Below are positions 1 to 18,051 of a stretch of 64,000 nt of DNA, piece by piece; the first letter of the stretch is position 1; each line of letters starts with the position of its first letter. Position numbers and translations under genes: made by a program. Below the pieces are notes generated by a model. The model was given only the letters and a program-made list of their open reading frames with translations, was not told where the DNA came from and made no database searches. The stretch comes from the human T2T-CHM13v2.0 reference genome, Homo sapiens. The stretch lies in the NCBI RefSeq assembly GCF_009914755.1, contig NC_060931.1. One strand, written 5' to 3'.

Positions 1-243
<243 letters not shown>

Positions 244-290
244 AAATGAAATGCATTAAATCTATAACTGTCTTTGGAAAAAATAACATC

Positions 291-596
<306 letters not shown>

Positions 597-625
597 TGCA
601 AAAAATAACATCTTTATTATATTGA

Positions 626-923
<298 letters not shown>

Positions 924-1654
924 CGTATTGAATCTTGTAATTGATTGGCACGGCATATGTCTTCATTTATCTAGGTTTTCTTTGATTTCTGTCCTCAATG
1001 GTATATTGTATGTAGGATAGAGATACTGTACTTATTTTGTTAGATTTATGCCATTAAATATCACTTATATCATGTATACATGTATATGTATTTCATTTTA
1101 AAAACTATTATAAATGTTATTTAAATTTTTCATTTCCAAATGTTTATTACTAGTGTATAGAAATATTATTGATTTTTGTCGATTAACTTTGTAACCTTGC
1201 CAAATTAAATTATGTCTTGAAATTTGTTTTTTAATACAAATTCCTTGAGATTTTCTACACAATCACATAATCTGAGAATAGGGACTCTTTTATATCTTTT
1301 CCCTCAATCTATATGACTTTTATTCCTTTTTCTCATGATATTACACTGGCTGGGACTTCAATGTGACTTGGAATAGGTGAGGTAGGAGTAGACATTATTG
1401 CCTTGTTTCTAGTCTTAGAGGAAGAACATTCAGTCTTTCACTATTAAGTAATATCATGTGACTTGTATAGTCACATATAAGTAATATGTAATATGTTATT
1501 ACCTGTAGGTTTTTTAAGATGCCCTTTATCAGTTTGAGAAAGTTCCCTTCTTTTCCAGTTTGCTGAGGGTTTTTACCATAAATGTATGTTGAATTTTGCC
1601 AAATGCTTTTTCTGCATCAATTATTATGTTCCTATGTTTTTTCTTCTTTAGACT

Positions 1655-2100
1655 TTTTTTTTCTCAGCCAGCTGTGCTTTATTGACAACGCGCCACTCGG
1701 GCCTTGACTGCGTACTTCCGCAGGAGGCACAGCCTCTCCTTCCGCTGCCGCTTCTTGGTCTTCAGGTTCTCCTTGTGCTTGTTGAACCGGCAGCACATGG
1801 CGCGTGTCTTCTTAGGCCACAGGTCCAGGGGCTTGTACTTCTTGCCCTTGTAGAATTTCCTGAGTTTCTCTTTCTGAGTCTGGTTAATAACCGTGAGAAC
1901 ACGTCCAATTTGCGGACGACTCAAATCTTAGAGAGCTTGGAGGCCGCGCCGCCTGTCACTTTGGCGACGTGCAGCTGGGACAGCTCCACCTTCAGGTCAT
2001 CCAACTGTTTCAGCAGCTCCTCCTTCTCGTGCAGGTCTCGAGCCTTGATCTTGGCCATTGCTGCATAGGCCACCGCCGCTGCCTGCTCTGAGGGAAAGAG
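1655..2100 (-). pseudogene. RPL35: Processed pseudogene of 60S ribosomal protein L35
   Basis: ATG at 2058 gives [42 protein letters not shown]; downstream [35 protein letters not shown]. Intronless, 5' pyrimidine tract CTCTTTCCCT, AATAAA, poly(A), TSD tagact(t/a)tt at 1649-1657 and 2102-2110. Premature TGA and frameshift near 1905-1924; native stop changed to CGA at 1697-1699. Confidence 0.97.
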
Positions 2101-2399
2101 CTAGACTATTAATATGGTGGATTACATGTTTTAAACTGTGGACTATTAAGTCAGCCTTGTATTACTGGGACAAACTGCTTGGTCATGATGTATTATTCTT
2201 TTTATATATTCCTGGATTTGATTTGCTAATATTTTATTGAGGATTTTTTGCATCTATGTTGGTTACAATACTGTTTTATAATTGTCTCACTGTCTTTGTA
2301 TGATTTTGTTAGCAAAATCATAAAGTAGGTTGAGAAGTATTCCTGCTCTTCTAGTTTCTGACAAAGATTATGTAGAATTTGTATATATTTTTAAATTTT

Positions 2400-2708
2400 C
2401 TTTTCTTTCTTTCTTTCTTTTTTTTTTTGAGAGGGAGTCTCGCTCTGTCACTCAGGCTGGAGTGCAGTGGCGCCATCTTGGCTCACTGCAAGCTCTGCCT
2501 CCCGGGTTCACGACTTTCTCCTGCCTCAGCCTCCCGATAGCTGGGACTACAGGCGCCGGCCACCACGCCCGGTTAATTTTTTGTATTTTTAGTAGAGGCG
2601 GGGTTTCACCGTGTTAGCCAGGATGGTCTCGATCTCCTGACCTCGTGATCCACCCGCCTCGGCCCCCCAAAGTGCTCGGATTACAGGTGTTAGCCACAGC
2701 GCCTGGCC
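2400..2708 (-). mobile_element. AluY
   Basis: Full dimer, CpG-rich, AluY diagnostics. Confidence 0.9.
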
Positions 2709-2719
2709 TTAAATTTTAT

Positions 2720-3006
2720 TTTCTTTATTTACTTTTTAGACAGAGTCTCATGCTGTCACCCAGGCTGGAGTGCAGTGGCAAAATGGAGCCCTCCACCTCC
2801 TGGGCTAGTGATCCTCCCACCTTAGCCTCCTGAAGACCTAAGCCCACTGATGTATGCTACCATGCCCAGCTAATTTTTAAATTTTTTGTAGAGATGGGAT
2901 CTCTTGCTTTGTTGCCTAGGCTGGTCTTGAACTCCTGGGCTCAAGCAATCTTCTTGCTTCCGCCTCCCAGTGTTGGTATTACAGGCATGAGTCTCTGCAA
3001 TTGGCC
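2720..3006 (-). mobile_element. AluJ-like
   Basis: Diverged dimer, cctgggctcaagcaatc pattern. Confidence 0.85.
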
Positions 3007-3522
3007 TTATTTTTTTCCTTAAATGTTAGGTAGAATTTACCAGTGAATCCATACAGACCTGGAGACTTCTTCTATAAAAAGCTTTTCAACTGCTGATTCA
3101 ATTTCTTTAATAAATATAGGGCTATTCAGGGTATCTGTTTCATCTTAGATGAACTTCATTATTTTTGGTTTGAGGAATTATTCTATGTCATCTAAGTTGT
3201 GGAATTTATGTGTATTGAGTCATTCATTACATTCCTTTATTATGCGTTTAATGTTTGCAACATCTATGGTGTCCCTCTTTTATTCTTGATATTAGTAATT
3301 TGTGTTTCCTCTGTTTTTTTCTTTGTTGGTCTTGCTAGAGGCTTATCATTTTTACTGATTTTTTTTTTAAAACCAACTTTTGAATTAATCGATTTTCTTT
3401 ATTCTTCTGATTTAAATTTTATTGATCTGTGTTGTTATTTTTGTTATTTTCTCTATTCTTCTTGCATTGGGTTTATTTTACTCTTCTTTAGTGTCTTTAG
3501 GTGGAATAATTTGATTATTTTC

Positions 3523-3787
<265 letters not shown>

Positions 3788-5159
3788 CAATTATTTAATG
3801 CTATACATTTTTAAAGCACAGCTTTAGTTGCATCCCACACATTTTGATTTGTTGTATTTTCATTTTTGTCCATTTCAAACTGTTTTCTAATGTCCCTTGA
3901 CACTCCTTCTTTGACTCATGGATTATTTAGAAGTGTGTTGCGTAACTTTAAAATGCTTGGTGATTTTTCAGTTATTCTATATTACTGATTTCTAGTTAAA
4001 TTCCATTTTGACTAGAGAACATATTTTGCATGTTTTTAATTATTTTAAAATTGTTAGTGTTTGCTTTATGACCCAAGATACAGGTCAGAAGACCATTTCA
4101 TATGCATTTCAAAACAATGTGTATTCTGTGGCTCTTGGGTAGAGTGTTCTATAAATGTCAAATATGTCCAATTGATATACATGATGTTATTTGTGCCTTC
4201 TCGGTCTTTGCTCATTTTCTGTCTACTTGTTTGCTCAGTCATTGAGAGGAATGTTGAAGCCTCCAACTACAATTGTGAATTTGCCTGTTTTTCCTGTTAA
4301 TTCTGTCAGTTTTTAGTTCATGTATTTTGAAGCTCTGTTATTAAGTGCATAATAACAGGATTTAGGATTATTATGTTTTCATCATAGAATTATTATTATG
4401 TTTTCTAGGTGAATTGGCCCTTTTATTACATTATTATAGAATGTCTCTCTTTATCTTTGGTAATTTTCTTTGCTCTGAAGTCTACTTTTTCTATTTTTAG
4501 TTGGCATTTAGCACATTGAAACAGAATGGTCCAAAGTGACAGAATCATTCTACATGTTTGCGCTCCTTCTCCAGGAAATATAATGGAATGTTTGCATACT
4601 ATTTTAAAGAGCCTTGATCCACAGGACTGTTTTGTAAAATGCATCCTAATTTAGAATAAATAATAATGGTGACTTAGACCTTCTCCATGCCATATATAGA
4701 CTATGTTGTAGTAAAGTTCATTCTTTCAACAAACATTTTTTGAAATGTCAACCATGAACCAACAGGCACAGGGTTGTGTGAGGGGATACTGAGAAAAAAA
4801 AGGATATAATAGAAGAAGAAAGAAAAGATAAAAAGAAACCTTTTTCCAGACCCTTCAGATGGACACAGTTCAGTACAAATAATTCTATTTCAGTGTGCTA
4901 AATGCCAAAAAAATAATAGTAGGATTACTATTAATAATCCCACTCCAGCCCTCTTTTGATTAGTATTTACATGCTTTTATTTATTTTATTTATTTCTTTT
5001 TACTTTCAATTTACCTATATAGTTACATTTAAAGTGAGTTTCTTATATATTGAGTACAGTTTGTTTGGTCATGTTTAAAAAAATCTATTTTGATAATCTC
5101 TGTCTTTTAATTGGTATGTTTAGACCATTTACATTTAATATAGTTATTAATATGCTTGA

Positions 5160-5508
<349 letters not shown>

Positions 5509-5583
5509 TGTGTTTTTAATTTCTTTTCTTTTTCTTTTTTTTTTTTTTGAGATGGAGTCTCTGTCACACAGGCTGGATTACAT

Positions 5584-5947
<364 letters not shown>

Positions 5948-7764
5948 TCAGTGTGCTAAATGCCAAGGTACGAGTAAAGGCTGGGGGGTGGCGGGTGTGC
6001 AGGGGAGAGATTTTAACCAATATCTACTAAATACTTCTTGTGTGCCAGACACTACCCTAGGTGCTGGGGACACCATAATCTGGTCTAGGGTGGTGGATCT
6101 GGGAAGGCTTCTGGAGGCAGTGACATTTGATCTGGGTTTTGAACGATGAGTAAGCTTTAACTAGCACAAGGGTAGGGATAGAAGGAGATGCATATTTAAA
6201 TACCTTGAGGCGTGAGTGAGATTGATGTTTGTGAAAACTGAAAGAAGGCCAGTGTGGTTGGATCACAGCGAAATGGTGAGAAAGGGACACAAGATGTGAC
6301 TATGGAGATAGGTAGTGTGTGTGTCGAGGTAAAGATTTGGGGTTTAGCAATGGGAAGCCGTTTATGCTGAGGAGACAGCCTGACCCAGGATTAGATTTGC
6401 ATTTGAAAAGAATACTCTGGATACAGCATGGGGAACAGATTGGAAAAGGTTAGTGGTGGATGTCAGGAGACCAATTAGAAGACTAATTTGGTGAACCAGG
6501 CAAGAAGGAAAATATTTGAAAAGCTTCTCAAAGAGTTGGCATTTCAGATTTTTTTGTTTTGCTTTGTTTTGTTTTGTTGAGTTGGGGTCTCACTCTGTCA
6601 TCCAGGCTGGAGTGCAGTAGTGCAATCATTGCTCACTGCAGCCTCAAACTCCCAGGCTCAAGCAATCCTCCTACCTCAGCCTCCTGAGTAGAAGGGCTTG
6701 CAGGCACACACCACAACACTTGGCTCAGCTGGGTTTTGAAGGATAAGTAGATATTTTCCCATATCATTGAGAGCAAGAAGATTCTAGGTTTTAGGAGAAA
6801 TGCTGAAAGGGCCTGTAAGGCTGGGCTCTGATGTGTTTGCACGCATGCATGTGTGTGTGTGTGTGCATACGTGTGTGTGCATGTGTGAGAGTATGTGTGT
6901 GTGTGGAGAGGTTGAGTACTTGGGAAAATACATCGGGGCCAGATTGTGAAGAGAATTTGGCCGTCTTCATCAGGTAGTGAGATTATCTGATTTATATGTT
7001 AGAACAATCACTGTGTCTGCAGTGTAGAGAATAGAAAAATCAGTTGGCGACTTATTGTAGTTATCTGGGAGACAGGTGAGAAAGGCAGGAGCAAAGGGGA
7101 CAAGAGGAGGGAATGGATTCAAGATCTATGTAAGAGATAGAATGTTCTGAGGTTATTAACAGAGTGGGTGTGATGGGTAAGAAAAAGGGAGGACTGAGGA
7201 TGACTTTGAAGGTCTAAGTTGGATGAATGGTAGAGCCATTAACAGTAGTTGAGACTACACAGAAAGGGGAACACATTCTCTTGTGGGTTAGGAGAAGGAA
7301 GAGAAGGGGGAAGGAAAAGAGTGATACATTTGGCCTGGGGAACATTCAATTTAAGGTGCTCAAGAGATGTACAGTAGAGATGTCCTCTTGACCAAGAATA
7401 ACTAAGACTATCATTTGTTTAATGAATGCCTACCATGGGTCAGGTACTGGGCTGAGGAATTTCCATAGATCACCTCATTTAACCCTAACAACAGCCTTAT
7501 GAGGTAGATGTTATTGGCTCCATTTTACATATGGGGAAACTGAAGTGCAGAGAGTTTTGAAATTCTCATGTACTTGGCTGATTATTACATTATTTAATCC
7601 TTCAACAAATTTCCATATCTACCATCTCATTTTCTGACTGTAAACTTTCCACCAAGAAGTCTTTTACCTTTCCCCATTCCTCCACCTTTTCCTGATTTGC
7701 CACATGTAATCATATAAAGAATGTTGCCGGTTTTGAAGGAGATGCTTGTTAAAACTCAGCTCTT

Positions 7765-8080
7765 GGCCGGGCGCAGTGGCTCATGCCTGTAATCCCAGCA
7801 CTATGGGAGGCCAAGGCGGGCGAATTATAAAGTCAGGAGTTTGAGGCCAGCCTGACCAACATGGTGAAACCCGTCTCTACTAAAAATACAAAAGATTAGC
7901 TGGGCCTAGTGACAGGCGCCTGTAATCCCAGCTACTTGGGAGACTGAGGCAGGAGAATCACTTACTTGAACCCGGGAGGCGGAGGTTGCAGTGAGCCAAG
8001 ATCACACCACTGCACTCCAGCCCAGGCGACAGTGAGACTCCATCTCAAACAATAACAACAATAACAACATAAAACAAAAA
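7765..8080 (+). mobile_element. AluS
   Basis: Full dimer with AAC-rich tail. Confidence 0.9.
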
Positions 8081-8438
8081 ACTCTTTTACTAAATAGCTG
8101 TGTGGCCCTCACTTGTAAAATGGTTCCTCATTTGTAAAATGGAGAAAATGTAATGCCTTACTCTTTACTCCTCAAGTAAGCAGAAATGTTCTAACATTCA
8201 CTTTGTTAGAAAATTTAGGAACAATAATTTTGAATGATTAAACAGATATGCTACTGACTAGAATGTGAAATTTGCATGATTTTAAGAGCAAACAGCCGGG
8301 CGCAGTGGCTCACGCCTGTAATCCCAGCACTTTGGGAGGCCGAGGTAGGCAGATCACTTGAGGTCAAGAGTTTGAGACCAGCCTGGCCAATATGGTGAAA
8401 CCCCGTCTCTTCTAAAAATACAAAAATTAGCCTGGCAT

Positions 8439-9219
8439 TGAGAGACAGGACTAGCTGGATTTCCTAGGCCAACTAAGAATCCCTAAGCCTAGCTGGGAAG
8501 GTGACCGCATCCATCTTTAAACACGGGGCTTGCAACTTAGCTCACACCTCACCAATCAGGTAGTAAAGAGAGCTCACTAAAATGCTAATTAGGCAAAAAC
8601 AGGAGGTAAAGAAATAGCCAATCATCTATTGCCTGAAAGCACAGCAGGAGGAATAATGATCGGGATATAAATCCAGGCATTCGAGCCAGCAACGGCTACC
8701 CTCTTTGGGTCCCCTCCCTTTGTATGGGAGCTCTGTTTTCACTCTATTAAATCTTGCAACTGCACTCTCTTCTTGTCCATGTTTATTATGGCTCAAGCTG
8801 AGCTTTCGCTCACCGTCCACCACTGCTGTTTGCCGCCGTCGCAGACCTGCCACTGACTTCCATCCCTCCAGATCCAGCAGGGTGTCCGCTGTGCTCCTGA
8901 TCCAGCGAGGTGCCCATTGCCACTCCCGATTGGGCTAGAGGCTTGCCATTGTTCCTGCAGGGCTAAGTGCCTGGGTTCGTCCTAATCGAGCTGAACACTA
9001 GTCACTGGGTTCCATGGTTCTCTTCCGTGACCCATGGCTTCTAATAGAGCTATAACACTCACCACATGGCTCAAGATTCCATTCCTTGGAATCTGTGAGG
9101 CCAAGAACCCCAGGTCAGAGAACACGAGGCTTGTCACCATCTTGGAAGTGGCCCACCACCATTTTGGAAGTGGCCTGCCACCATCTTGGGGGCTCTGGGA
9201 GCAAGGACCCCTGGTAACA
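8439..9219 (+). mobile_element. HERV-W solo LTR (LTR17), full length, inserted inside an Alu
   Basis: Starts TGAGAGACAGGACTAGCTGGATTTCCTAGG, ends GGTAACA; 781 bp; TG...CA termini; 4-bp TSD GCAT (8435-8438, 9220-9223). Confidence 0.93.
8550..8755 (+). promoter_or_regulatory. LTR U3 promoter elements and poly(A) signal
   Basis: Two CCAAT motifs (~8552, ~8618), TATA-like GATATAAA (~8664), ATTAAA (~8746) in the order expected for a HERV-W LTR; activity not demonstrable from sequence. Confidence 0.55.
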
Positions 9220-9611
9220 GCATGGTGGTGAGTGCCTGTAGTCCCAGCTATTCAGGATGCTGAGGCAGGAGAATCTCTTGAACCCTGGAGGTAGAGGGAG
9301 GTTGCAGTGAGCCGAGATCATGCCACTGCACTCTGCAAGACTCTGTCTCAAAAAAAAAAAAAGATCAAAGTATAAGCACACAGGAACTTCAAAGAAATTT
9401 CATGGCTTCTGTGTACTGTTTTGAGCTACTTCTTCAGGACTTCATGGATCAAAGTTCAGCCTCCACCAGTGGGAACATTTAATGAGGAAGGCTGAGAATT
9501 ACCATGCATTCTATTAATATCCAGAAGGATTGTGGTTAGGACCAAATAACTAATAAGATACCCTAAGTATTAGTTATTAGGAAAGGAACTTTGTTATAAA
9601 ACTCTGGGCAA

Positions 9612-10058
<447 letters not shown>

Positions 10059-10563
10059 TCACAAGGCAGTGAACTCCGTGAGTAAATGCATGTTCTGATT
10101 TGCTTTGCTCTCAAAGGCCAACCTGACCTTCTGCTTGTCTTTCTGACTGGTTGTGACTCATAGACTAGCTGAACACCAGGTCCTTGGGATCCCAAGCTGG
10201 GCAGGGTGCTGTGTTTTTTCTTTGCTCACTCAGACTTTCCCAGTGCTGTCTGTTTCAGAACTGGGGTTGATAACAGGGTCGGTAATGGGGAGACCAGGCT
10301 CCATTGCTATGGTTACTCTCTCCATGGATACAAATTATCAGGGAACTTCCATCCTCACAGACCTGACTCCTACCTCCTCCAGAGGTCTTTTACCAAGTAA
10401 AAACAAGTGGTGAACTCTTCACTCACTTCCTGGAAATTTCTCTTCAATTTCACCCTATTTGTATCAACAAAATCACCTACCTACCAAATAGGAATTTTTA
10501 CCTTTGAATATAATTGTTCAAATTTAGGTTACAAACTGAATTTTTCTGTGTTGTGTTGTGTGA

Positions 10564-10894
<331 letters not shown>

Positions 10895-10939
10895 TCATGT
10901 ACTTGAATTTTTAACCATAAAAGTTATATAAGCCCATCA

Positions 10940-11598
<659 letters not shown>

Positions 11599-11683
11599 TT
11601 TTTTTTGGCATACTTTTTCTTAGATATAAACATGTTTTGTATCTATTGATCTTTAAAACATTTGTATTCTGTCATCTGCACAC

Positions 11684-11981
11684 TTTTTTTTTTTTTTTTT
11701 TTGAGATGGAGTCTCGTCCTGTCACCTAGGCTAGAGTATGGTGGCGCAATCTCAGCTCACTGCCAGCTCCGCCTCCCGGGTTCACGCCATTCTCCTGCCT
11801 CAGCCTCCGAGTAGCTGGGGCCACAGGCGCCCACCACCACGCCCAGCTAATTTTTTGTATTTTTAGTAGAGATGGGGTTTCACCGTGTTAGCCAGGATGG
11901 TCTCGATCTCCTGACCTCGTGATCCACCCGCCTCGGCCTCCCAAAGTGCTGGGATTACAGGCATGAGCCACCGTGCCTGGC
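11684..11981 (-). mobile_element. AluY
   Basis: AluY diagnostics; TSD tgcacactt. Confidence 0.9.
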
Positions 11982-13487
11982 TTGCACACTTATATTTTAA
12001 ACTGAGGTTAATTATGGGTGGGTTTCAGGGAGCACCCAAACTCCCTGAAATTGTATGTGAAATTGTATATATGGGCATATGTATTTTTTCTGGGGAGAGG
12101 GGAATAATTTCTATCAGATACTCAAAAGAATCTGTGACTCCAAACATTTTTTTAAAATCACAGTAAATTTGCATTATATTTTTTTCTACTGCTCTAGGAA
12201 AGCACTTTCCCAGGAGGTTTGGGGGATGCCAGTACATTACTCCAACAATGCCAGGGCTCAGTATTTTAATCTTTCAGTCTGCAATGGATTTCATTGTCCT
12301 TATAAAGGGTTAGGTCAGAGTGTCTTGTATAGCATGTAGGCAGTTGAGGGCTTTTGGACAACCATGGAGCATTTTAATTTCCATGATTCTGTTAGATGTA
12401 TGTGGTGGGAGGAGCCAGAGGAGTCATTGCTCAAGGTGGCTAAATGTGGCACGTGTAGACCATCAGCAATTCCACATCCCACAAGGAAAGTTCTGATCTG
12501 TGCTGGAACTAGAGTTCACCCTCAATGTCATACCTAGTGCATGTTTGCAAATATATTATGTCATCTACCTCTCCATATAATCTTGCTGCTGTTAGAATCA
12601 ATAGTTATTGAATGATTTTGATGGAAGATAGACATAATTATCATTTCTCTTTGGCAAACTAGGGAAATGTTGCTCAGAAAAATCTCTGTGGTTTTTTTAA
12701 AGCTCCCAGTAACAGAAAATGAGAAACTTGAATTTGGATCCCAGATTCTGTGACTTCAATCCTGAAAGCTTGCCCTTGAATCATAGCTTATAGCCACCTT
12801 GGTTTTTATTTTGAGGAGCAGTTTCCATTTGGAAAGATGTTTGAATGGTCAGTGATTTCTATAGGCACTTGGTGGTGTCTAATGATAGCAAATAAATGAT
12901 TTAGTTTGATCATTATCTCCTCACTTATGAGAGCAAGAAGCAGGTGCATAAGTGAAAAGAAAGAAGGAAGTTTCTTGTTCTGTATTTGTGATAACATAAA
13001 AATACTCCTGGAAAACTAACTAGATGATAAAATCTAATATTCTAAAGATTTATCTCTATTCTGAATGTTATGCTTAATATGTCATTATAGGACTCCTCCA
13101 TTTCTGTGCTGAGAACAATTTCTTCTAGTATTAATGAATTTACCTCTCATCCCTGAAGATAAGTGTCCCATTGGAGAGAGACATGAGCAAGATTTGTGGA
13201 CTCTAATGAACTTGCAAAAGAGAAATGAGGCAAATATTTTATAATAGAAAGATACTAAGACATCCGATTCTTGAATATGCAGGTAACATTGCTGTATTAA
13301 CAGATGTTCACCTTTTAAATAAAAATGTTCTTATAACAGACCCAATGAGATTTAAAAACTATCCTTATTATTCAAAGATTTGATTTACGTCAATATAATT
13401 GATGAAACTGTTCAGCCGTAGATTTTCAAAATGCTCTACTTTACAAATAGCACATTAAATTGATTTTCTCATTTTTATATATTACAG

Positions 13488-13652
13488 ATTAAATGTTTCT
13501 CAAATGCTTTGCAGGATATTGAAGATTTCAGAAGACAGGGACGGTACATGTACCCCACAGTCAGGCTTCCTAATGGGGCCATACATTTTATGGGAGAAAC
13601 AGTGGGAGTAGTTAGTTGCAGGAGGTGGAAAAAGGTATCCAAGAATACCAAG
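13488..13652 (+). pseudogene. Candidate relic exon (RGS-like motif DIEDFRR)
   Basis: ttacag|...|gtaaaa, 165 nt, open in phase 0: IKCFSNALQDIEDFRRQGRYMYPTVRLPNGAIHFMGE...; alternative acceptor tttgcag at 13514. Identity is inference. Confidence 0.3.
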
Positions 13653-13707
13653 GTAAAAATGCTTGAAAATTTAAAATTAAGTGCAAGTTATTGAATAAAG
13701 ATGCCAT

Positions 13708-14056
<349 letters not shown>

Positions 14057-14078
14057 TTATATTCTCTGATATTTTTAA

Positions 14079-14437
<359 letters not shown>

Positions 14438-14998
14438 CCACACGTATTTATTATACTATTAAAAAGTTAGCTGTTACTTTAAATTAAAAAGGTTATGTTC
14501 ATGGGAAAAAATTAAAACTATGCAAAAGACAGAAGTAGATAAGGAAAAAAACAAAAGTTCACCTTCTTACTTCTCAATGTTCAATTATACTACCCAGAGG
14601 TAAACAGGGTTAAAATTTCCTGCCAGCAATGTTCACTGTCATATGTATATATGTCCTTTAAAAAGCTCTACAAATGTGATCGCAATACTGTTGAGCAACT
14701 TGCTATTTTCAGTAAATGATGTCTTGAACTTCATCTTTCTACATCTGTACATATAGATCTCTTTCATTCTTTTTGGTGGCTGTATAATATGCCATTGTAA
14801 GAAGGTACCAATACTTACTTAACTAATTCCTTACTGGTGGATATTTTGGTGGTTTCTACTTTCGTTTTGTTTTCCTATTGTAAACCTATGTACAAGGACA
14901 CACATTACACCATTATTTTTCCACACATGTGCAGGTATAGTGTTGGATGGTTGGGTAACTTCCTAGGAATGTAATCTCTAGGTAAAAGGACATGTGCA

Positions 14999-15292
14999 TT
15001 TTTTTTTTTTTGAGACAGAGTTTCACTCTTGTTGCCCAGGCTGGAGTACAGCGGCGCAATCTTGGCTCACCACAACCTCCACCTCCCTGGTTCAACTGAT
15101 TCTCCTGCCTCGCCTCCTGAGTAGCTGGGATTACAGGCATGTGCCACCACACCCAGCTAATTTTGTATTTTTAGTAGAGACAAGATTTCTCCATGTTGGT
15201 CAGGCTGGTCTCAAACTCCCGACCTCAGGTGATCCACCTGCCTTGGCCTCCCAAAGTGCTGGGATTACAGGTGTGAGCCACTGTGCCTGGCC
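14999..15292 (-). mobile_element. AluS (Sp-like)
   Basis: TSD gtgcatttt. Confidence 0.9.
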
Positions 15293-15388
15293 CGTGCATT
15301 TTCAATTATCTAGTTTTTTAGATAATATGAAAATTTAGAAAATATGTCCTATAGTAAAAAGATCAATCTATATAGAAAGTGAAAAGCA

Positions 15389-15751
<363 letters not shown>

Positions 15752-17724
15752 TCAGACCTTTACTTTCCTATCCCTCTTTCTCTGTTTCCTTCCTCTTCCA
15801 GATGAGGTCTTTGAAGTCTTTTTCTTCCCTTCCCACTCATCCTCTGCTCTCATCTCCTAGGTTAGGCTGAGGTATTTAGTGATTTCTGTTCTAATCTAGA
15901 CCATAATATCCTCAGATGAGGCCCATGGGTGATATATTTTTTAGTCCTTCCATAAATGGAAATATCATCCTTTCGCCTCTATAGGTGAATGACATCTTGA
16001 AAGACAATAGCCTTTCTTAGAAAACCTGTGATGTTATTTCAGATTCCTGTGTTGAGGAAAAGAAATCCGGTGTCAGCCTGCGTCCTTTGTGAGTTATTCA
16101 TTCTGTCTAAAAGCTGACAAGCTTTCCTTTGTATCCTTGGAGTCCAGGAATCTTAGAGTGATATTCCCAGGTGTGTGCTTTCTATCACTGAACTTGCCAG
16201 TAACTTGGTGTGCCCTTTTAAGCTGCAGACTAAGGAATATTCCTTCCATTTGTTTAATCATTACCTCTCTTTCATTGGTTTTTCTCCCTTTAGAATTCCT
16301 ATTACTCACAAAATAGATATCCGTTATGCCTTTTATCTTTTTTCCTCTATCTCTTTATATTTTTGTTATTGAGACATTTCTTCCTTTTGGCCTCTAATTT
16401 ATACCTCCACAGTGACCAGCTATCCTTTCCCTCAATTCATTTACTAAATTTTTCAATGAAGAAAAGCATACTTTAATTTCCAAAATGTCATTTTATGCTA
16501 TAATTAAAGGCTGTGCTCTCATTAATTTTTAGATAGACTTAAGTAACAGACTATTTAGGTAGACCCTTACTTTTACTAAGACCTAGTGGAGTTCTTTGGT
16601 CTTGTCACAGTTAAGGATGTAGATGGAATCTTGGCCACCTAACCTCTGATCCACCTTTTCCTCCATCTGTGGGGCTATTCACGAGAAACAATTTTGATGT
16701 TGTGCAAATAAAACCTACTCTGTAGATCTGAAGGTAAGGCATTTATTTCTGTTGACTTTTCTAAAAGTATGTAGGATAATATTTTAGAGTTCATGGATGT
16801 ATAATGGAAATAGCCACATGAATTTGTGCTATGAGGATAACTCGGGAAGGACGGCCATCAGACATTTCTGATTTCCCTCAAATATTCTTTCCTAAATTTC
16901 ACCAAGTTCCATTCTAATATGATTCATAGGCAGTGTCTCCGAATTGTCTCTGCTCCTCTTGTGATGACTTGAATCATACCACATGACAATTAAATGAAAA
17001 GGATTAAACTTTATGGGCAATTACTCTGAAAGTCTCTCCACTCAAAACTTGTGTGGCTTTTGTGCCAACCTACTAGTAATAATTAAGTATGGAAGTTATA
17101 TTAGGCGGAGTAGATTTAGAGTGCAGTAAAGATTATGGAATAATATGGAGGGACTGGTTATTCCAATGGAGAAGAATGAACATGCTTGTTTTGGGTCCTT
17201 TTCCAATTACACATCTGTCTCCTGGATTAGTATTAAAACATTCTGTTTTTTAGCATCCTGGGTGCTTAAATTATTTTATGTCTGTTACTTGATGTTCAAG
17301 GTATCCCACCAAGGTAGGGAGGAAGATTTTAAAAATTTCTTTTGCTGCTTCATAGTCGGAAAATTGAAGCATAAAAAAGGTACATATAGTGTCTCTTGGA
17401 TCCAAGAAGGAAAGCAAACCATTTACTTTCAGGGCCATTACATTATCTCTTTGATTTTGAGGCTCTTTAAGCAAGAGATACAACATGCACTGCCTATATA
17501 ACTTTTAGACCCAACTCACCACTTGTTCCCCCAACTCAAATCCATTGATGTTGTTAACTCTTTCTTCTCTTTGATATTTTCATGGCATCTGATATTGGTG
17601 AATCTTACCCTTACCCTCCTGAAGCCATATCTTCCCCTGGCCTATGAGATATACTCCTTTGAGCATATCTTCTTATGCCTTTGATTACCTTCTGCTTCTT
17701 TTTCCTCCTCTCATCATCTAAGAC

Positions 17725-18035
<311 letters not shown>

Positions 18036-18051
18036 CCAATTCTTGAGAATG

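Larger units (their letters stand above)
8295..9362 (+). mobile_element. AluS split by LTR17 (8295-8438 and 9220-9362)
   Basis: Alu sequence resumes exactly after the LTR at gcatggtgg. Confidence 0.92.

Noticed and set aside
1682-2068. 128-aa plus-strand ORF
   Set aside because: Antisense shadow of the RPL35 retrocopy.
4501-4908. Novel MITE with 27-bp terminal inverted repeats
   Set aside because: No TSD; the interior is L2-derived and one end is duplicated 1 kb away, so local rearrangement is more parsimonious.
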